From a virus, in IMG/VR virus record IMGVR_UViG_3300008255_000101, positions 86,183 to 150,182 of that record: a stretch of DNA of 64,000 nt; one strand, given 5' to 3'. The notes beneath the pieces are model-generated. The model made no database searches. It was given only the letters and a program-made list of their open reading frames with translations, and was not told the DNA's origin. This document shows positions 10,791 to 20,191 of this stretch, piece after piece (position 1 is the first letter of the stretch; each line of letters opens with the position of its first letter). A program made the position numbers and the translations under genes.

Positions 10791-11439
10791 AGTAGGATCC
10801 CATCCTGTCCTTAAAATACTGGCCCTTACTGTCAGGGATGAACCCATCCATGGAGGCTACCTTAAAAGCAAATGTGTCTGCAAAATCATCCCAAGGGTTA
10901 CGGCGAGCGTAAAAACGCACGAACTTCGAAGAGGGGTCGTAGAACCACTCCCCTACCACGTTTTCCTCAGAGTCCTTGTCATTTATAACGATGCGAACTT
11001 TACCGTCTTCAGGTTTCTCACACCACCCCGATAATTGCAACCACTCGGGTTTCTTGCAGAGCTCGCCCTTAACCATATCCCACCCATGTCCCAGCTCGTG
11101 AAACAGGGTGTGGTCAAAACGATCCAAAATCTTACCCGAGGTGTCCTTGAAAACTACGGGATCGTCCACCAAGCGCGTATTAAGGACCAGCGTCTCCCCC
11201 ACGTAGTAACCGTGGTTGGGGAAGTACTCCTTGGACTCGCCCAAATCCTCGAACCCTATATCCTTTATTCCACAATCCTTGACAAGTCCGTCAGGAAGCT
11301 GGTGAAGGGCCCGGGCCAAACGGGACACCAGGTGCTGGTGGGATCCAGGGCGTACGGCCATACCGTACCTTTTGAGGATACCGCCTGGTGTAGAATTTAA
11401 ACCAATGTCAGCCATAGCAAAATACTGTTGTTTTTTCAA
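10783..11439 (-). CDS. Zinc metallopeptidase (HEXXH)
   Basis: LFHELGH and downstream YARRNPWDDFADTF. Confidence 0.7.
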   Translation of the reverse strand: MKKQQYFAMADIGLNSTPGGILKRYGMAVRPGSHQHLVSRLARALHQLPDGLVKDCGIKDIGFEDLGESKEYFPNHGYYVGETLVLNTRLVDDPVVFKDTSGKILDRFDHTLFHELGHGWDMVKGELCKKPEWLQLSGWCEKPEDGKVRIVINDKDSEENVVGEWFYDPSSKFVRFYARRNPWDDFADTFAFKVASMDGFIPDSKGQYFKDRMGSYYE

Positions 11440-11466
11440 CTTGCTTAGGCCGACTCCATTAGAAGA

Positions 11467-11703
11467 TTATCCTTGACCCTTTTTATCCCTTAGCTCCAGT
11501 ATGTCTTTCACCGTCCGGTCAAAAAACTCTGGATGGAAGTAAAGCTTGGCGGCCTCACGGGGTGTCAAACCCATACCCCGGGTTTTCCTCATCCTGTACA
11601 CAGCTGTATACATGAGAGGGGGTAGGCGCCCCAGAATCCTCTGGACCTCCAGAAAAAACTGTCGCTCCTCTAAAGGAGTGGGGCGGGGTGCTTTAGTAGC
11701 CAT
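11467..11703 (-). CDS. Small hypothetical protein
   Basis: Tightly packed with its neighbours on the same strand. Confidence 0.5.
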   Translation of the reverse strand: MATKAPRPTPLEERQFFLEVQRILGRLPPLMYTAVYRMRKTRGMGLTPREAAKLYFHPEFFDRTVKDILELRDKKGQG

Positions 11704-12041
11704 TCGCTTAGCTTCCGCATGCCTTCATCTTTGGAGGATAGCTTCTCGATCTGATCGGAAGCCTTAGAAAACATTAGCATGTCCATAAACTCTTGCACAG
11801 TTTCCTTAACGCTTACTTTGTAGATGCCTATAACCTCAGGAGGAGCTGCTGGGAAAAGGGCCTTGGACACATCCGCGGAAACCTCACTCACCAGGTCATC
11901 TAGGCTACCACACTCTCCCCTAAACTTCCGAAACGACTCTAGGTACAGAGAGTACCTAGGGGTGAAGGCGTCTAAGTCTTCTAGCTCCGTGTCCGTGTGT
12001 CTAGCGTGTATGGCCATAGTGTAACAATGTACATAATGCAC
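11670..12041 (-). CDS. Hypothetical protein
   Basis: Same-strand operon-like packing. Confidence 0.55.
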   Translation of the reverse strand: MHYVHCYTMAIHARHTDTELEDLDAFTPRYSLYLESFRKFRGECGSLDDLVSEVSADVSKALFPAAPPEVIGIYKVSVKETVQEFMDMLMFSKASDQIEKLSSKDEGMRKLSEWLLKHPAPLL

Positions 12042-12050
12042 CCGTAATTT

Positions 12051-12644
12051 TTAACTTAGACCCATGACCTTCCTGTACAATTCCCTGGCAGCGGACGAAG
12101 GATCCTTGTAAAGAATACCTATGCCACCCTTGGCCTCCCACGGCCCTAGGAATTTCTCCATGTCGTCTACTAAGATAGACCTACCGTCAGCATAGCGCTG
12201 CTTCTGTGTGTCCAGGATGTATGGAGTAGACTCACCCAGATTCTCGGATACCCAGAAGGCCTTGCCCTCTTTTGAGTACCTACTGATGCCGGGGGATGAT
12301 AATACAGTGGGGTTCAAGTGCTTTAGGCTGTCCCACAGCTCATGACCGCCTGGTAACCATTTCATGGTAGACCAAAAAGGCAGACTCTGCGTTACCTTCC
12401 AGTCAATGTCATTGTGGTCCACAAAATCCTGCCCACCAAAATCCAGGTACTGCTTCTTCCAATCTGTGAGAACCCCGTCCATATCCACGAAAAGTCTCAT
12501 GGACTTCCGGCGGAAAGTATCCAAAAATTCGGGGTCATGTAGGATGCTGGTGACAGACTTACCTGCCAAAAACTTATCGATGTCCTGGGAGCCACTCGCC
12601 AGAATCAGTCTGCTTAATTTATCTGCAATTTTTAACGCTATCAT
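12051..12644 (-). CDS. HAD-family 5'(3')-deoxyribonucleotidase-like protein
   Basis: FVDMDGVLTD motif I, LSSP motif II, ILVDD motif IV. Confidence 0.85.
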   Translation of the reverse strand: MIALKIADKLSRLILASGSQDIDKFLAGKSVTSILHDPEFLDTFRRKSMRLFVDMDGVLTDWKKQYLDFGGQDFVDHNDIDWKVTQSLPFWSTMKWLPGGHELWDSLKHLNPTVLSSPGISRYSKEGKAFWVSENLGESTPYILDTQKQRYADGRSILVDDMEKFLGPWEAKGGIGILYKDPSSAARELYRKVMGLS

Positions 12645-12753
12645 GGAAACCCCAGGGATTGTTGCAGCAGTGCCTACCCCATTAAAAGAGTATGGGGGTC
12701 AAGCATAATCTTCAAATGATGCTGGTGGGATACTAAAAGAAAAGGTAATCCAT

Positions 12754-13284
12754 ATGCAGCCTCAAGAATTCGCATCATACATGTCCAGCGCCTGCGGAGG
12801 CCTCCTCGTAGCGGGATCGCTTGGACTGCTGTACAAGGGAGTGATTACTCTCTCCCAAAAATCCCAGGAAGAAGCTATATCCATCGAATACAAAAAGCTG
12901 CTTAGGGTGTCCAGCCACTACCCAGCTCTCGCCCTATTCCTTATAGGGTGGTTTTTCGTGGGAATACCCATGGTTATCCCGTCTGCTGGGGGACCCACCA
13001 GGGTCGTGGTAAACGGTACGATCGTCATAGACCCGCCGGATGCTATCAACAGCGTGTCAGTGCGTGTGGTGGGTGGGCCGTGGGGTATAGATCCCGACAG
13101 TGATGGGTCTTTGAACAAAGAACTTTACCCAAGCATGGATAAGCTAAAGGTGGAAATCACTTCCCCAGGTCGCATACCCTTCCATAAAACCGTTAGTGTG
13201 CAGAAAGACGGATCCATGGATGTAGGTGAGATCCAGATACCAGACCCCATTATAAATATCAGAACGGTACCCGCGGGTCCGTAA
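12754..13284 (+). CDS. Membrane protein (2 TM helices plus a beta-rich extracytoplasmic domain)
   Basis: Two hydrophobic segments followed by a beta-strand-rich C-terminus. Confidence 0.6.
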   Translation: MQPQEFASYMSSACGGLLVAGSLGLLYKGVITLSQKSQEEAISIEYKKLLRVSSHYPALALFLIGWFFVGIPMVIPSAGGPTRVVVNGTIVIDPPDAINSVSVRVVGGPWGIDPDSDGSLNKELYPSMDKLKVEITSPGRIPFHKTVSVQKDGSMDVGEIQIPDPIINIRTVPAGP

Positions 13285-13294
13285 GGAGATCACA

Positions 13295-13729
13295 GTGAAA
13301 ATATCCCTCATAGTGGCTATACTAATGGCGTGGTGTTTTGCCCAGCAGGACGGTACAAGCGTCCATAAGAAGTCGGCACCCGTAGTGACACTCCACACCA
13401 TGGACTCTCAGCAGAAAATGGTGTCCATACCCATAGACCACACTCAGGTACCAGGTACCGAGAACAACGACATACAGAATCTTCTTGTGGTGGAAGTATC
13501 CGCCTTCGCGGGGGATACCCTACGTGTACCAGGAATGACAGTATTGTTGAAAGGGGTGCCCGGAGGTTTTTCAGATACGGGGACTACCGACCAATACGGA
13601 CAAGCCACCTTCCACGGGTTCCAAAGTGATAGCACTTATGTCCTAGAGATATACGCAGGTAAGGCCCTAGTGTACAGGGGGTCGCTTGATCTTTTCAGGG
13701 GAGCCAATAAGACTAGGGTCAATCTTTAG
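13295..13729 (+). CDS. Secreted protein with a carboxypeptidase-regulatory-like beta-sandwich
   Basis: Signal peptide MKISLIVAILMAWCFA; VPGMTVLL...GTTDQYGQATF motif; AAGGAG RBS. Confidence 0.6.
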   Translation: MKISLIVAILMAWCFAQQDGTSVHKKSAPVVTLHTMDSQQKMVSIPIDHTQVPGTENNDIQNLLVVEVSAFAGDTLRVPGMTVLLKGVPGGFSDTGTTDQYGQATFHGFQSDSTYVLEIYAGKALVYRGSLDLFRGANKTRVNL

Positions 13730-14348
13730 CTAGACCCTCAAGGTACTTTTCGATCTTACCCCAAGTACCATTCAGACGGGCTTGGACCATGGGGAAAACC
13801 ACACTCTTATGATCCAAGAGCTCCATTAGGTCGTGAGCGGGAGCAGTCCTTAGGTACTGCACGAAATACAGAGAATTCTCTAGTAACCACCCCTCCGAAA
13901 AAAGACGTAGACCTCTCCTCCTAACCCACCTGTCGGCATCATTAGTACGGTCGAACGTCTGTACGGGCACGGTTCCGGACCTACGAGCATAGGGGTCCAA
14001 GTCCCTCATAAACTCTTGCACGTCGTAGTCTGGGCATCCACTCTCTTCAAAATGCAGCATGCCCTGCAACCACTTTAGGTCTGGGGATATCCTAATAAAA
14101 CCCCCAGTGAGGTCGTCAGAACGGAGCAGTTGCTCGAAATGCCCCAAGAAAAAAACTCTGTACTGGCATGACCGGCCTTTGGAGTAATAATTTCGAACCT
14201 TCTCTCTATTGGCTAGAGCCTGGCCCCTGATGCTATCGGGGCCTTGTATCATGAGGGAATCGGTATTCAGCAAAATTTCCTTGTTCCTACATGCCTGGCA
14301 CACCCTTTGGGGCCGTCCATACCTAAGTTGGGCTTCCTTCATGGACAT
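13719..14348 (-). CDS. Hypothetical protein
   Basis: 209-aa ORF with an N-terminal CxxC. Confidence 0.55.
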   Translation of the reverse strand: MSMKEAQLRYGRPQRVCQACRNKEILLNTDSLMIQGPDSIRGQALANREKVRNYYSKGRSCQYRVFFLGHFEQLLRSDDLTGGFIRISPDLKWLQGMLHFEESGCPDYDVQEFMRDLDPYARRSGTVPVQTFDRTNDADRWVRRRGLRLFSEGWLLENSLYFVQYLRTAPAHDLMELLDHKSVVFPMVQARLNGTWGKIEKYLEGLAKD

Positions 14349-14535
14349 TCCACCCTTCCTAGGCGATCTCCTGAGTATGCGTCGGTAGCAGCACCCACAA
14401 GCAGTTTTACTACATAACTGCCGTTACCAGGATGGGCGTACTCGAGGGGGCTCTGATGCAGGACCTCCTCACTCACGGCTATTTCGTAATATCTTCTTCT
14501 TCCCATGGCTTAGTATATAGACGGGATTGGTGTTT

Positions 14536-15525
14536 CTAACGGTAAAACTCTACGCATACGGAAGACACTACGTCATCTGCACTGACGTTACCGTCCAAAA
14601 AATCCTTAACCGTGTCCAAGAACCCCGGAACCTTTCTTATTACCTTATTGACCCTGCCCGCGTACTTAGGGGCCCCCTTATAACGAGCAAATTCGGGGCC
14701 CGTCAAGACGGAACCTACCTCTTTGCAACTCTGTAGGTACTCTCCCAGCTGGCTGGGTAACCCCTGGCGGGCGGGCGTCACTTCACAGTAACTCACGAAC
14801 TCGGACCACGACCCAAAATGATGTTCTATTTGAGCTGTGGTGGCGGACAAAGGGTAATCCACCGTACCATGGAGTTTGGATAACGCTGACCTTGCAGGGG
14901 AACCACCTTTCCGGGTATGTGCCCGCATCTCCTCCCTCCAGGTCTCTTCCTCCCCCGTGTGATCCCCACGCCGGGTATCTATACCCATTTCCTCGCACCA
15001 CTTTGCCAAGGTGACCGAGGACACTCCAAACTCGTTGGCAACACTTTTAAGTAGGACGCCTCTAGACACTCTATCCCTTAGAAGGTCCTCAGCGGGGCAC
15101 ACTTTTCGGTTTTTACCCGCATGGGATTTACCCTCGGCGTGGAGCTTTTTCATATTTTCCCGGGATTTAGCACGAGCGGATTCCGTCTGGGAGTAGTGCT
15201 CCACTCCGTGGTTCTTTAAGGTTGTTTCCCGGGCCTTTGCTTTATTGTAAACAGGCCCTGTTAACTCTCGGACTTTGCTCCGATTACTCAAGACCTGGGG
15301 GTCCCTCATGGGGTGCCCTCCCGCGTACCTCTCAAAAGTTTTAGCAGTCTTGATTTTTGCTGCTACGTAATCCCGGGAGCACACAGCCCGGGCCACAACA
15401 TCCTCATCGAGTAGAGGGGTGCCTGGGTACTCCCGACGTAAGTCCGCTACAGATTTCCCATGCTTATTTATTATGTGGGAAGTCAGTACGCGATGTACCT
15501 CTTTACAGTATGGACACGTACTCAC
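14536..15525 (-). CDS. DNA-binding protein of the homing-endonuclease-associated type (C2H2 finger, HTH, FGSW repeat)
   Basis: CPYC...HIINKH, ETTLKNHGVEHYSQ, VANEFGVSSVTL HTH, HFGSWSEF; 4-bp overlap with the upstream gene. Confidence 0.6.
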   Translation of the reverse strand: MSTCPYCKEVHRVLTSHIINKHGKSVADLRREYPGTPLLDEDVVARAVCSRDYVAAKIKTAKTFERYAGGHPMRDPQVLSNRSKVRELTGPVYNKAKARETTLKNHGVEHYSQTESARAKSRENMKKLHAEGKSHAGKNRKVCPAEDLLRDRVSRGVLLKSVANEFGVSSVTLAKWCEEMGIDTRRGDHTGEEETWREEMRAHTRKGGSPARSALSKLHGTVDYPLSATTAQIEHHFGSWSEFVSYCEVTPARQGLPSQLGEYLQSCKEVGSVLTGPEFARYKGAPKYAGRVNKVIRKVPGFLDTVKDFLDGNVSADDVVSSVCVEFYR

Positions 15526-17384
15526 TTACAAACCTCCATCAACAAGACCTTGTCGGTGTACCCGCTGTCCCACCTACCCGAACTGCATATTTCAAGAACG
15601 TCTATCATTTTGTACCCGGCAGAAAGGAACACTCTTATGGAGTCGGTTACCAGGGAGTACTTACCCACGTCACCTATTACCCAGGCTACTTTCCCTCCGG
15701 GCTTAACCGACCTACGTATGTTGCAAACTACGGGGTACACAAAGCCATCTACCCACGCTCTGTAGCTATGGAATTGATTCACACTTTGCAGGGGATCCTC
15801 TGAGTACAGCTCATGCCTGTAATACGGGGGGCACGCAATGCAGATATCCGCCGTGTTCTCCTCAGGGTAATTGCTAGGGTCACTGGAGCACCCCTGTACC
15901 ACTGTGATGTCCTTTACCGATGTGTGCTCCTTTAAAAACGACGCCAGCTCAAGTGCCCCACTTACTGTAAGGGGTTCGGAGTCTATGCCGTGATAGCTAC
16001 GTTCCCCTGTTACGGAAGCCCCAACCATACGCCCGCCCCATCCAGAAAAAGGGTCCAGGACCAAGTCGTCAGGCCCCCTACCGTATTTCTCCAGGAGGTA
16101 CTTAGCCCACACAGGGTTAAAATTGGACGCTACCTTGGACCCGTAGTAGGATAGCGCTCCTCTGATGTTGGAGTTCTCGTACCGAGACCCTTCCTTTATC
16201 TGCTTACCCAGGCAGTCGGTAAGTAAGCCTTTACTACGGAACACCTCCACTGGGGACGGTCTACCCCCGGACGACACACCGTACCTATTCTTATAAAAAC
16301 TAGAGGGTAGGGACGTGTACCGTGAGTGTGCCAGAATCTTATGACCCCTGGTGGAAACCTCTGCATCCCTTATGAACCCCAAGTTTTTGACCATATTTTC
16401 TTTAGACATTACGGGGTAAGGGAAGCCCCTCGCTTTCGTGCGAGACACAAGGATGTGTGCCTTGGGGTCCGAGGGGTCCCATAGGGGGTGATCAATGTCC
16501 CTGAACAACTCTTCACTTTTTTCAGAAAGACCCCTAGCCCAGTACTTGATAGGTGTCTCCCATAGCCTGTCGGTAATTTTATACTTGAGGTTGTTCACGA
16601 AATAATGGGATAGACGCGCCAGAGAGTCCTTGCAAGTTATGCGGAGTAAGAAGGAGTGGTGGTCCTGTACGGGAGCTACGGGGACTCCCGTTTTTGACTC
16701 AATCAGACGAGCTACTTCCTCCAGTCTACTAAGTGTGTAGTGGTCCTGGAACCCTATGGATATCTTGATACCGCTTTTCTTGTCATACCTGGACCCGTCG
16801 TCCATAGCCCATATGGCTAGGGTGTCCTCCCCGAACTCGTCGTACACAGACGGATTCATGATGTCCTTAAACCCCCCAGGATAGAAAAGATCCCTGAGAC
16901 GTTTAGCCCACGCGGTGCAGGCACTTTTGGCATGCACCTGCATGTCCTCTCTAGCCGTGGCGGTTGAGCTTACTCCTAGTCTTAAACTAGACAGGGAGTC
17001 CCCGAGCATTGCCGCCTTCATCCACATGTAAGGAGCTTGAGAGAAAGCGTGGGATTCCAGGAAGTACGGGGAGGGTCCCCCACTTATGCACCCATCCCCA
17101 AATAAACTGTTGTAGGCCAACCTCTCCGCCTCGCCCCGTATGTTTAGACCGCGTGCCGCTACGAATAGTTTTTCGGACAGGGTATCAGGGGTAGCCATGG
17201 TAAGGGCCTCTAGTTTCTTATTAGAAACCGAACCAGTTTTCCTGTTTACTGCTTTCCGTGTGGACCCGCCCGCTAACCTCTTGTAGGAGCTGTGTGTAAG
17301 GTACGGAAAGTTCTTCTGAACTTCCTCAAGAGTGGAACCTTTGTCGATCATTGCTTGTAGGGCTAGCATATTACTCATTTCCAT
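15522..17384 (-). CDS. LAGLIDADG endonuclease domain fused to an amino-DNA methyltransferase
   Basis: SLFGDGC and LAIWAMDDGS LAGLIDADG motifs; VLDPFSGWGGR SAM-binding motif and CPPY catalytic motif. Confidence 0.8.
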   Translation of the reverse strand: MEMSNMLALQAMIDKGSTLEEVQKNFPYLTHSSYKRLAGGSTRKAVNRKTGSVSNKKLEALTMATPDTLSEKLFVAARGLNIRGEAERLAYNSLFGDGCISGGPSPYFLESHAFSQAPYMWMKAAMLGDSLSSLRLGVSSTATAREDMQVHAKSACTAWAKRLRDLFYPGGFKDIMNPSVYDEFGEDTLAIWAMDDGSRYDKKSGIKISIGFQDHYTLSRLEEVARLIESKTGVPVAPVQDHHSFLLRITCKDSLARLSHYFVNNLKYKITDRLWETPIKYWARGLSEKSEELFRDIDHPLWDPSDPKAHILVSRTKARGFPYPVMSKENMVKNLGFIRDAEVSTRGHKILAHSRYTSLPSSFYKNRYGVSSGGRPSPVEVFRSKGLLTDCLGKQIKEGSRYENSNIRGALSYYGSKVASNFNPVWAKYLLEKYGRGPDDLVLDPFSGWGGRMVGASVTGERSYHGIDSEPLTVSGALELASFLKEHTSVKDITVVQGCSSDPSNYPEENTADICIACPPYYRHELYSEDPLQSVNQFHSYRAWVDGFVYPVVCNIRRSVKPGGKVAWVIGDVGKYSLVTDSIRVFLSAGYKMIDVLEICSSGRWDSGYTDKVLLMEVCK

Positions 17385-17498
17385 AATTTAGATATTTTAA
17401 CAACGGGTAGCCCTATTAGACTAACTTTTGTTTCTAGCGCCGTCAGCACAGAACTTTTATGGTCGGAGGGGGTACCCCTACGCACCCCTATAAAACAC

Positions 17499-17531
17499 AA
17501 AAAGACCCGGAGTAAACTCCGGGTCTTTTTT
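17499..17531 (-). terminator. Strong bidirectional terminator after the major capsid gene
   Basis: AAAAAGACCCGGAGT-AA-ACTCCGGGTCTTTTT inverted repeat. Confidence 0.9.
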
Positions 17532-17548
17532 GCAAGATGAATTGCGGG

Positions 17549-18427
17549 TTACCGAGCAATCTTAATGCGAGTGATCGCCTTAGGATTGAATGCTCCAATA
17601 CCCAGCATTTCAAAGATGCTGAAGCCGATGCGGCGAGCTTTAGGATCATCCGCGCTCAGAACGGTAAGTTCCGTACGAACGGGGATACGTCCCAAGAACT
17701 CAGGCTCTGCACAGACATACACGTAGCCAGGTTCCACGATACGGGAGATCATGATCTGGGCACCGTGCAAGGTAGCCATAAGGCCAGTCTTGAGCAGGGT
17801 AGCTTGAGTTTCGATGTCCAAAACATCACGTCCCCACTTACGCAGGTCAGCAAAGTCACGGGCATTCATGAACACGCGAGCAACGCGGTTGTCCCACTGT
17901 TCGATTTCAGCGAAAGCATCGATGAAAGCGGCAGGAGTGACAGGAGCGTTCACGTTCACCTGAGGGTTAGGATTGGTATCGGTATCGAAACCATTCACAT
18001 TCAGCTGATCCAAGACTTCGAAGACGCGAGAGTCTTCAGCAGCCTGAATCTGAGCCTTACCCAGGTTCTGAGCACGTTCGATCAGGTCGAAACGACGTTC
18101 CTTGATCTGAGACAAAGGAATCTCAGGATTGGAAGCCAGTTCGAAGAGAGGGAAGATCACACGAGTACCGCGAGCAGTACCGAGGATGTTTTCACCTTCT
18201 TCAGACACGGCATAGGCACGTACGTCCGGATCCTTGTCGTAGATGGGCAATGCGCCGTCAGGCAACTGTTCCACTTCGAAAGTCTTACGACCAACGGAGG
18301 AATAGTCGCGACGTTCGCGGAGGGGCTGCTGCATGGAAGCAGCAAGCTTTTGGCGGCCTTCGATCGTTCCAATGTATTGGGCGATCACTTGGCTCTTTTG
18401 TTCGTTGGAAAGTTTAGACATACTCAT
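17549..18427 (-). CDS. Major capsid protein (HK97 fold)
   Basis: 292 aa from a GGAGGA-preceded ATG; FELASNPEIPLSQIKERRFDLIERAQ...AAED; strongly biased codons; follows protease, scaffold and decoration genes. Confidence 0.88.
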   Translation of the reverse strand: MSMSKLSNEQKSQVIAQYIGTIEGRQKLAASMQQPLRERRDYSSVGRKTFEVEQLPDGALPIYDKDPDVRAYAVSEEGENILGTARGTRVIFPLFELASNPEIPLSQIKERRFDLIERAQNLGKAQIQAAEDSRVFEVLDQLNVNGFDTDTNPNPQVNVNAPVTPAAFIDAFAEIEQWDNRVARVFMNARDFADLRKWGRDVLDIETQATLLKTGLMATLHGAQIMISRIVEPGYVYVCAEPEFLGRIPVRTELTVLSADDPKARRIGFSIFEMLGIGAFNPKAITRIKIAR

Positions 18428-18440
18428 TTTTCTGTCCTCC

Positions 18441-19013
18441 TTAAACGCGCAGCTGAACAACCATGACGGGGCTGCTGGCGGTTGGGGGTTCAATGATTAC
18501 GCCTACGATCGTTGCACCAGATGCAGCGACACCACCAGTCAAGCCAGCAGCGATGGTCAGAAGACCATTAGCGGAAGCATAGACGGGGAGACCGGCAGCG
18601 GTGGAATAATCGAGCGCGGTTCCGGCAGTGTCAGCAGTCTCGTAAACGGGAACTTCGACAACGGAGCCAGTGCCGTGCAGATAGGTGATGGAGCCAGAAG
18701 CCACGGATGAGGTGGATTCGTAAGCTTCGCCAGCAGCATTGCGAACAGCGATACCGACGATACCTACTTGAACGCCTGTAGCAGCGTCGTTAGCAGGACC
18801 GACAGTAGCGGCATCTACGATGCGAACTACGGAGCCAGCCAGAATACCGTCAGGAGTGGCGGTGTTCAGAGTGGTGTTGGCCAGAGCTTGAGTTCCAGAG
18901 CGATTGTCCACGGTAAGCCCTTCATCACTGATTGCACAGTAAGAGTTCAGGGTACCACGGTACAGAGGCTGGAGTTCAAGCGCAGGAGCAATTTTATTGC
19001 TTTGTCCACGCAT
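18441..19013 (-). CDS. Capsid decoration/cement protein
   Basis: A/G/T/V-rich beta protein with VYASANGLLT, located between scaffold and capsid genes. Confidence 0.7.
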   Translation of the reverse strand: MRGQSNKIAPALELQPLYRGTLNSYCAISDEGLTVDNRSGTQALANTTLNTATPDGILAGSVVRIVDAATVGPANDAATGVQVGIVGIAVRNAAGEAYESTSSVASGSITYLHGTGSVVEVPVYETADTAGTALDYSTAAGLPVYASANGLLTIAAGLTGGVAASGATIVGVIIEPPTASSPVMVVQLRV

Positions 19014-19097
19014 GGTTTACCTTCCTTGTGAGGTTGGGTTACATTCCCTACCGCGAGGCACGGTAGGAGTATTTTGTGTCTCTTCTAACCCCAGGTG

Positions 19098-20006
19098 TTA
19101 GCTGAAAACAGCTGACACGTTGGGAGTAGAACCCCAGAGAGAATCAAGAATGTCGTCGGAGGATCCGGCAGAAGCCTTTTTGACCATCGAGCTGGTCAAG
19201 GAAGCAGCGGCAGGTTCCACAGCACTGAAAATGGATTCCAAAGCGTCATCGCCATGGGAAGAAGCAGTCTTGGCAGAAGCCTCAACAATGTTTTCTTTTC
19301 CCATTTCGATTTCGGGTTCGGGCTCAGGAGCGGGTTCGTCACCATCGGGCTCAGGAGCGGGAGCAGGTTCGGTAGCGGCTTGGGCCATGGCCATCACCAC
19401 GTCGGTCAACTTGGCGAGCTTGTCTTCGAGAGCGGCCATCTTGTCTTCAGCTTCTTTGGCTTCAGGAGCTTCTTCAGTCTCGGGAGCTTTAGGAGCTTCG
19501 TCACCGTCGGGCTCACCTTCACCGGCAGCTTTAGGAGCTTCAGGAGCTTCAGGTTCGTCGGCAGCGGAAGTCACGCTCAAAGCCAAAGAGGCTTGGCGAG
19601 AAAGCACACCGTCAATGGCGGAGTCGGGGAGGAACATGAGATCGGAAGAGTTAGCGATCAGAGCTTCTTGGCTTGCACCAGGCAGCATACGCTCGGAGGC
19701 GATCATGCACTTGGCTGCGTGTTCACGCATCTGGCTGGATTGCTTGATGGCTTGAGCGAAGGCCATGCGGATTTCACCGAGATTCATCTCGTTGCGCTTG
19801 GCATCTTCGGTATTGAGTTTTGCAGTTTCTTGCGTGGAGATCGGATCTTCCTTCCATGAAGAAGTGTCGCCGGTCTGGTATTCCTTTTGGAATGTTTCAC
19901 CGGATCCGTTACCGCCGCGCTTGGCTTCATCGGGGCGTGCACCATTCATGGTGTACACGTCGTTGACTTCCCCCGCCTTCTTGTCTGTAAGCCTAGTTCT
20001 TTCCAT
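19098..20006 (-). CDS. Putative capsid scaffolding protein
   Basis: Acidic, PE-rich, coiled-coil, ending DSLWGSTPNVSAVF; between protease and capsid genes; AGAGGA RBS at 20006. Confidence 0.7.
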   Translation of the reverse strand: MERTRLTDKKAGEVNDVYTMNGARPDEAKRGGNGSGETFQKEYQTGDTSSWKEDPISTQETAKLNTEDAKRNEMNLGEIRMAFAQAIKQSSQMREHAAKCMIASERMLPGASQEALIANSSDLMFLPDSAIDGVLSRQASLALSVTSAADEPEAPEAPKAAGEGEPDGDEAPKAPETEEAPEAKEAEDKMAALEDKLAKLTDVVMAMAQAATEPAPAPEPDGDEPAPEPEPEIEMGKENIVEASAKTASSHGDDALESIFSAVEPAAASLTSSMVKKASAGSSDDILDSLWGSTPNVSAVFS

Positions 20007-20191
20007 TTGAGTATCCTCTTGGGTTCTGATTTTGTTCATCCCCCTCGCGGCTGGAATGCCCTGCGGGGACCAAGTCACTTCCTCTGCGTTTACATCAAAT
20101 TCTGCTGTAGACTCATAAGGAATTTTCGAAGTTTTCGATATGATTAATAGATTATCAGTTCTGGTAAAATTTCTGGTAAAAGACCGCTAGG

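Noticed and set aside
15522-17384. LAGLIDADG domain as part of an intein
   Set aside because: No Cys/Ser-initiated splicing block or His-Asn terminus is visible around it.
19040-19070. GCGGTAG in the scaffold-decoration spacer as an ops site for the NusG paralogue
   Set aside because: Only a partial match to GGCGGTAGnnTG and part of a simple hairpin; not repeated convincingly.
17537-19859. Long plus-strand ORFs opposite the capsid and scaffold genes
   Set aside because: Antisense frames produced by strong codon bias; no RBS or recognisable motifs.
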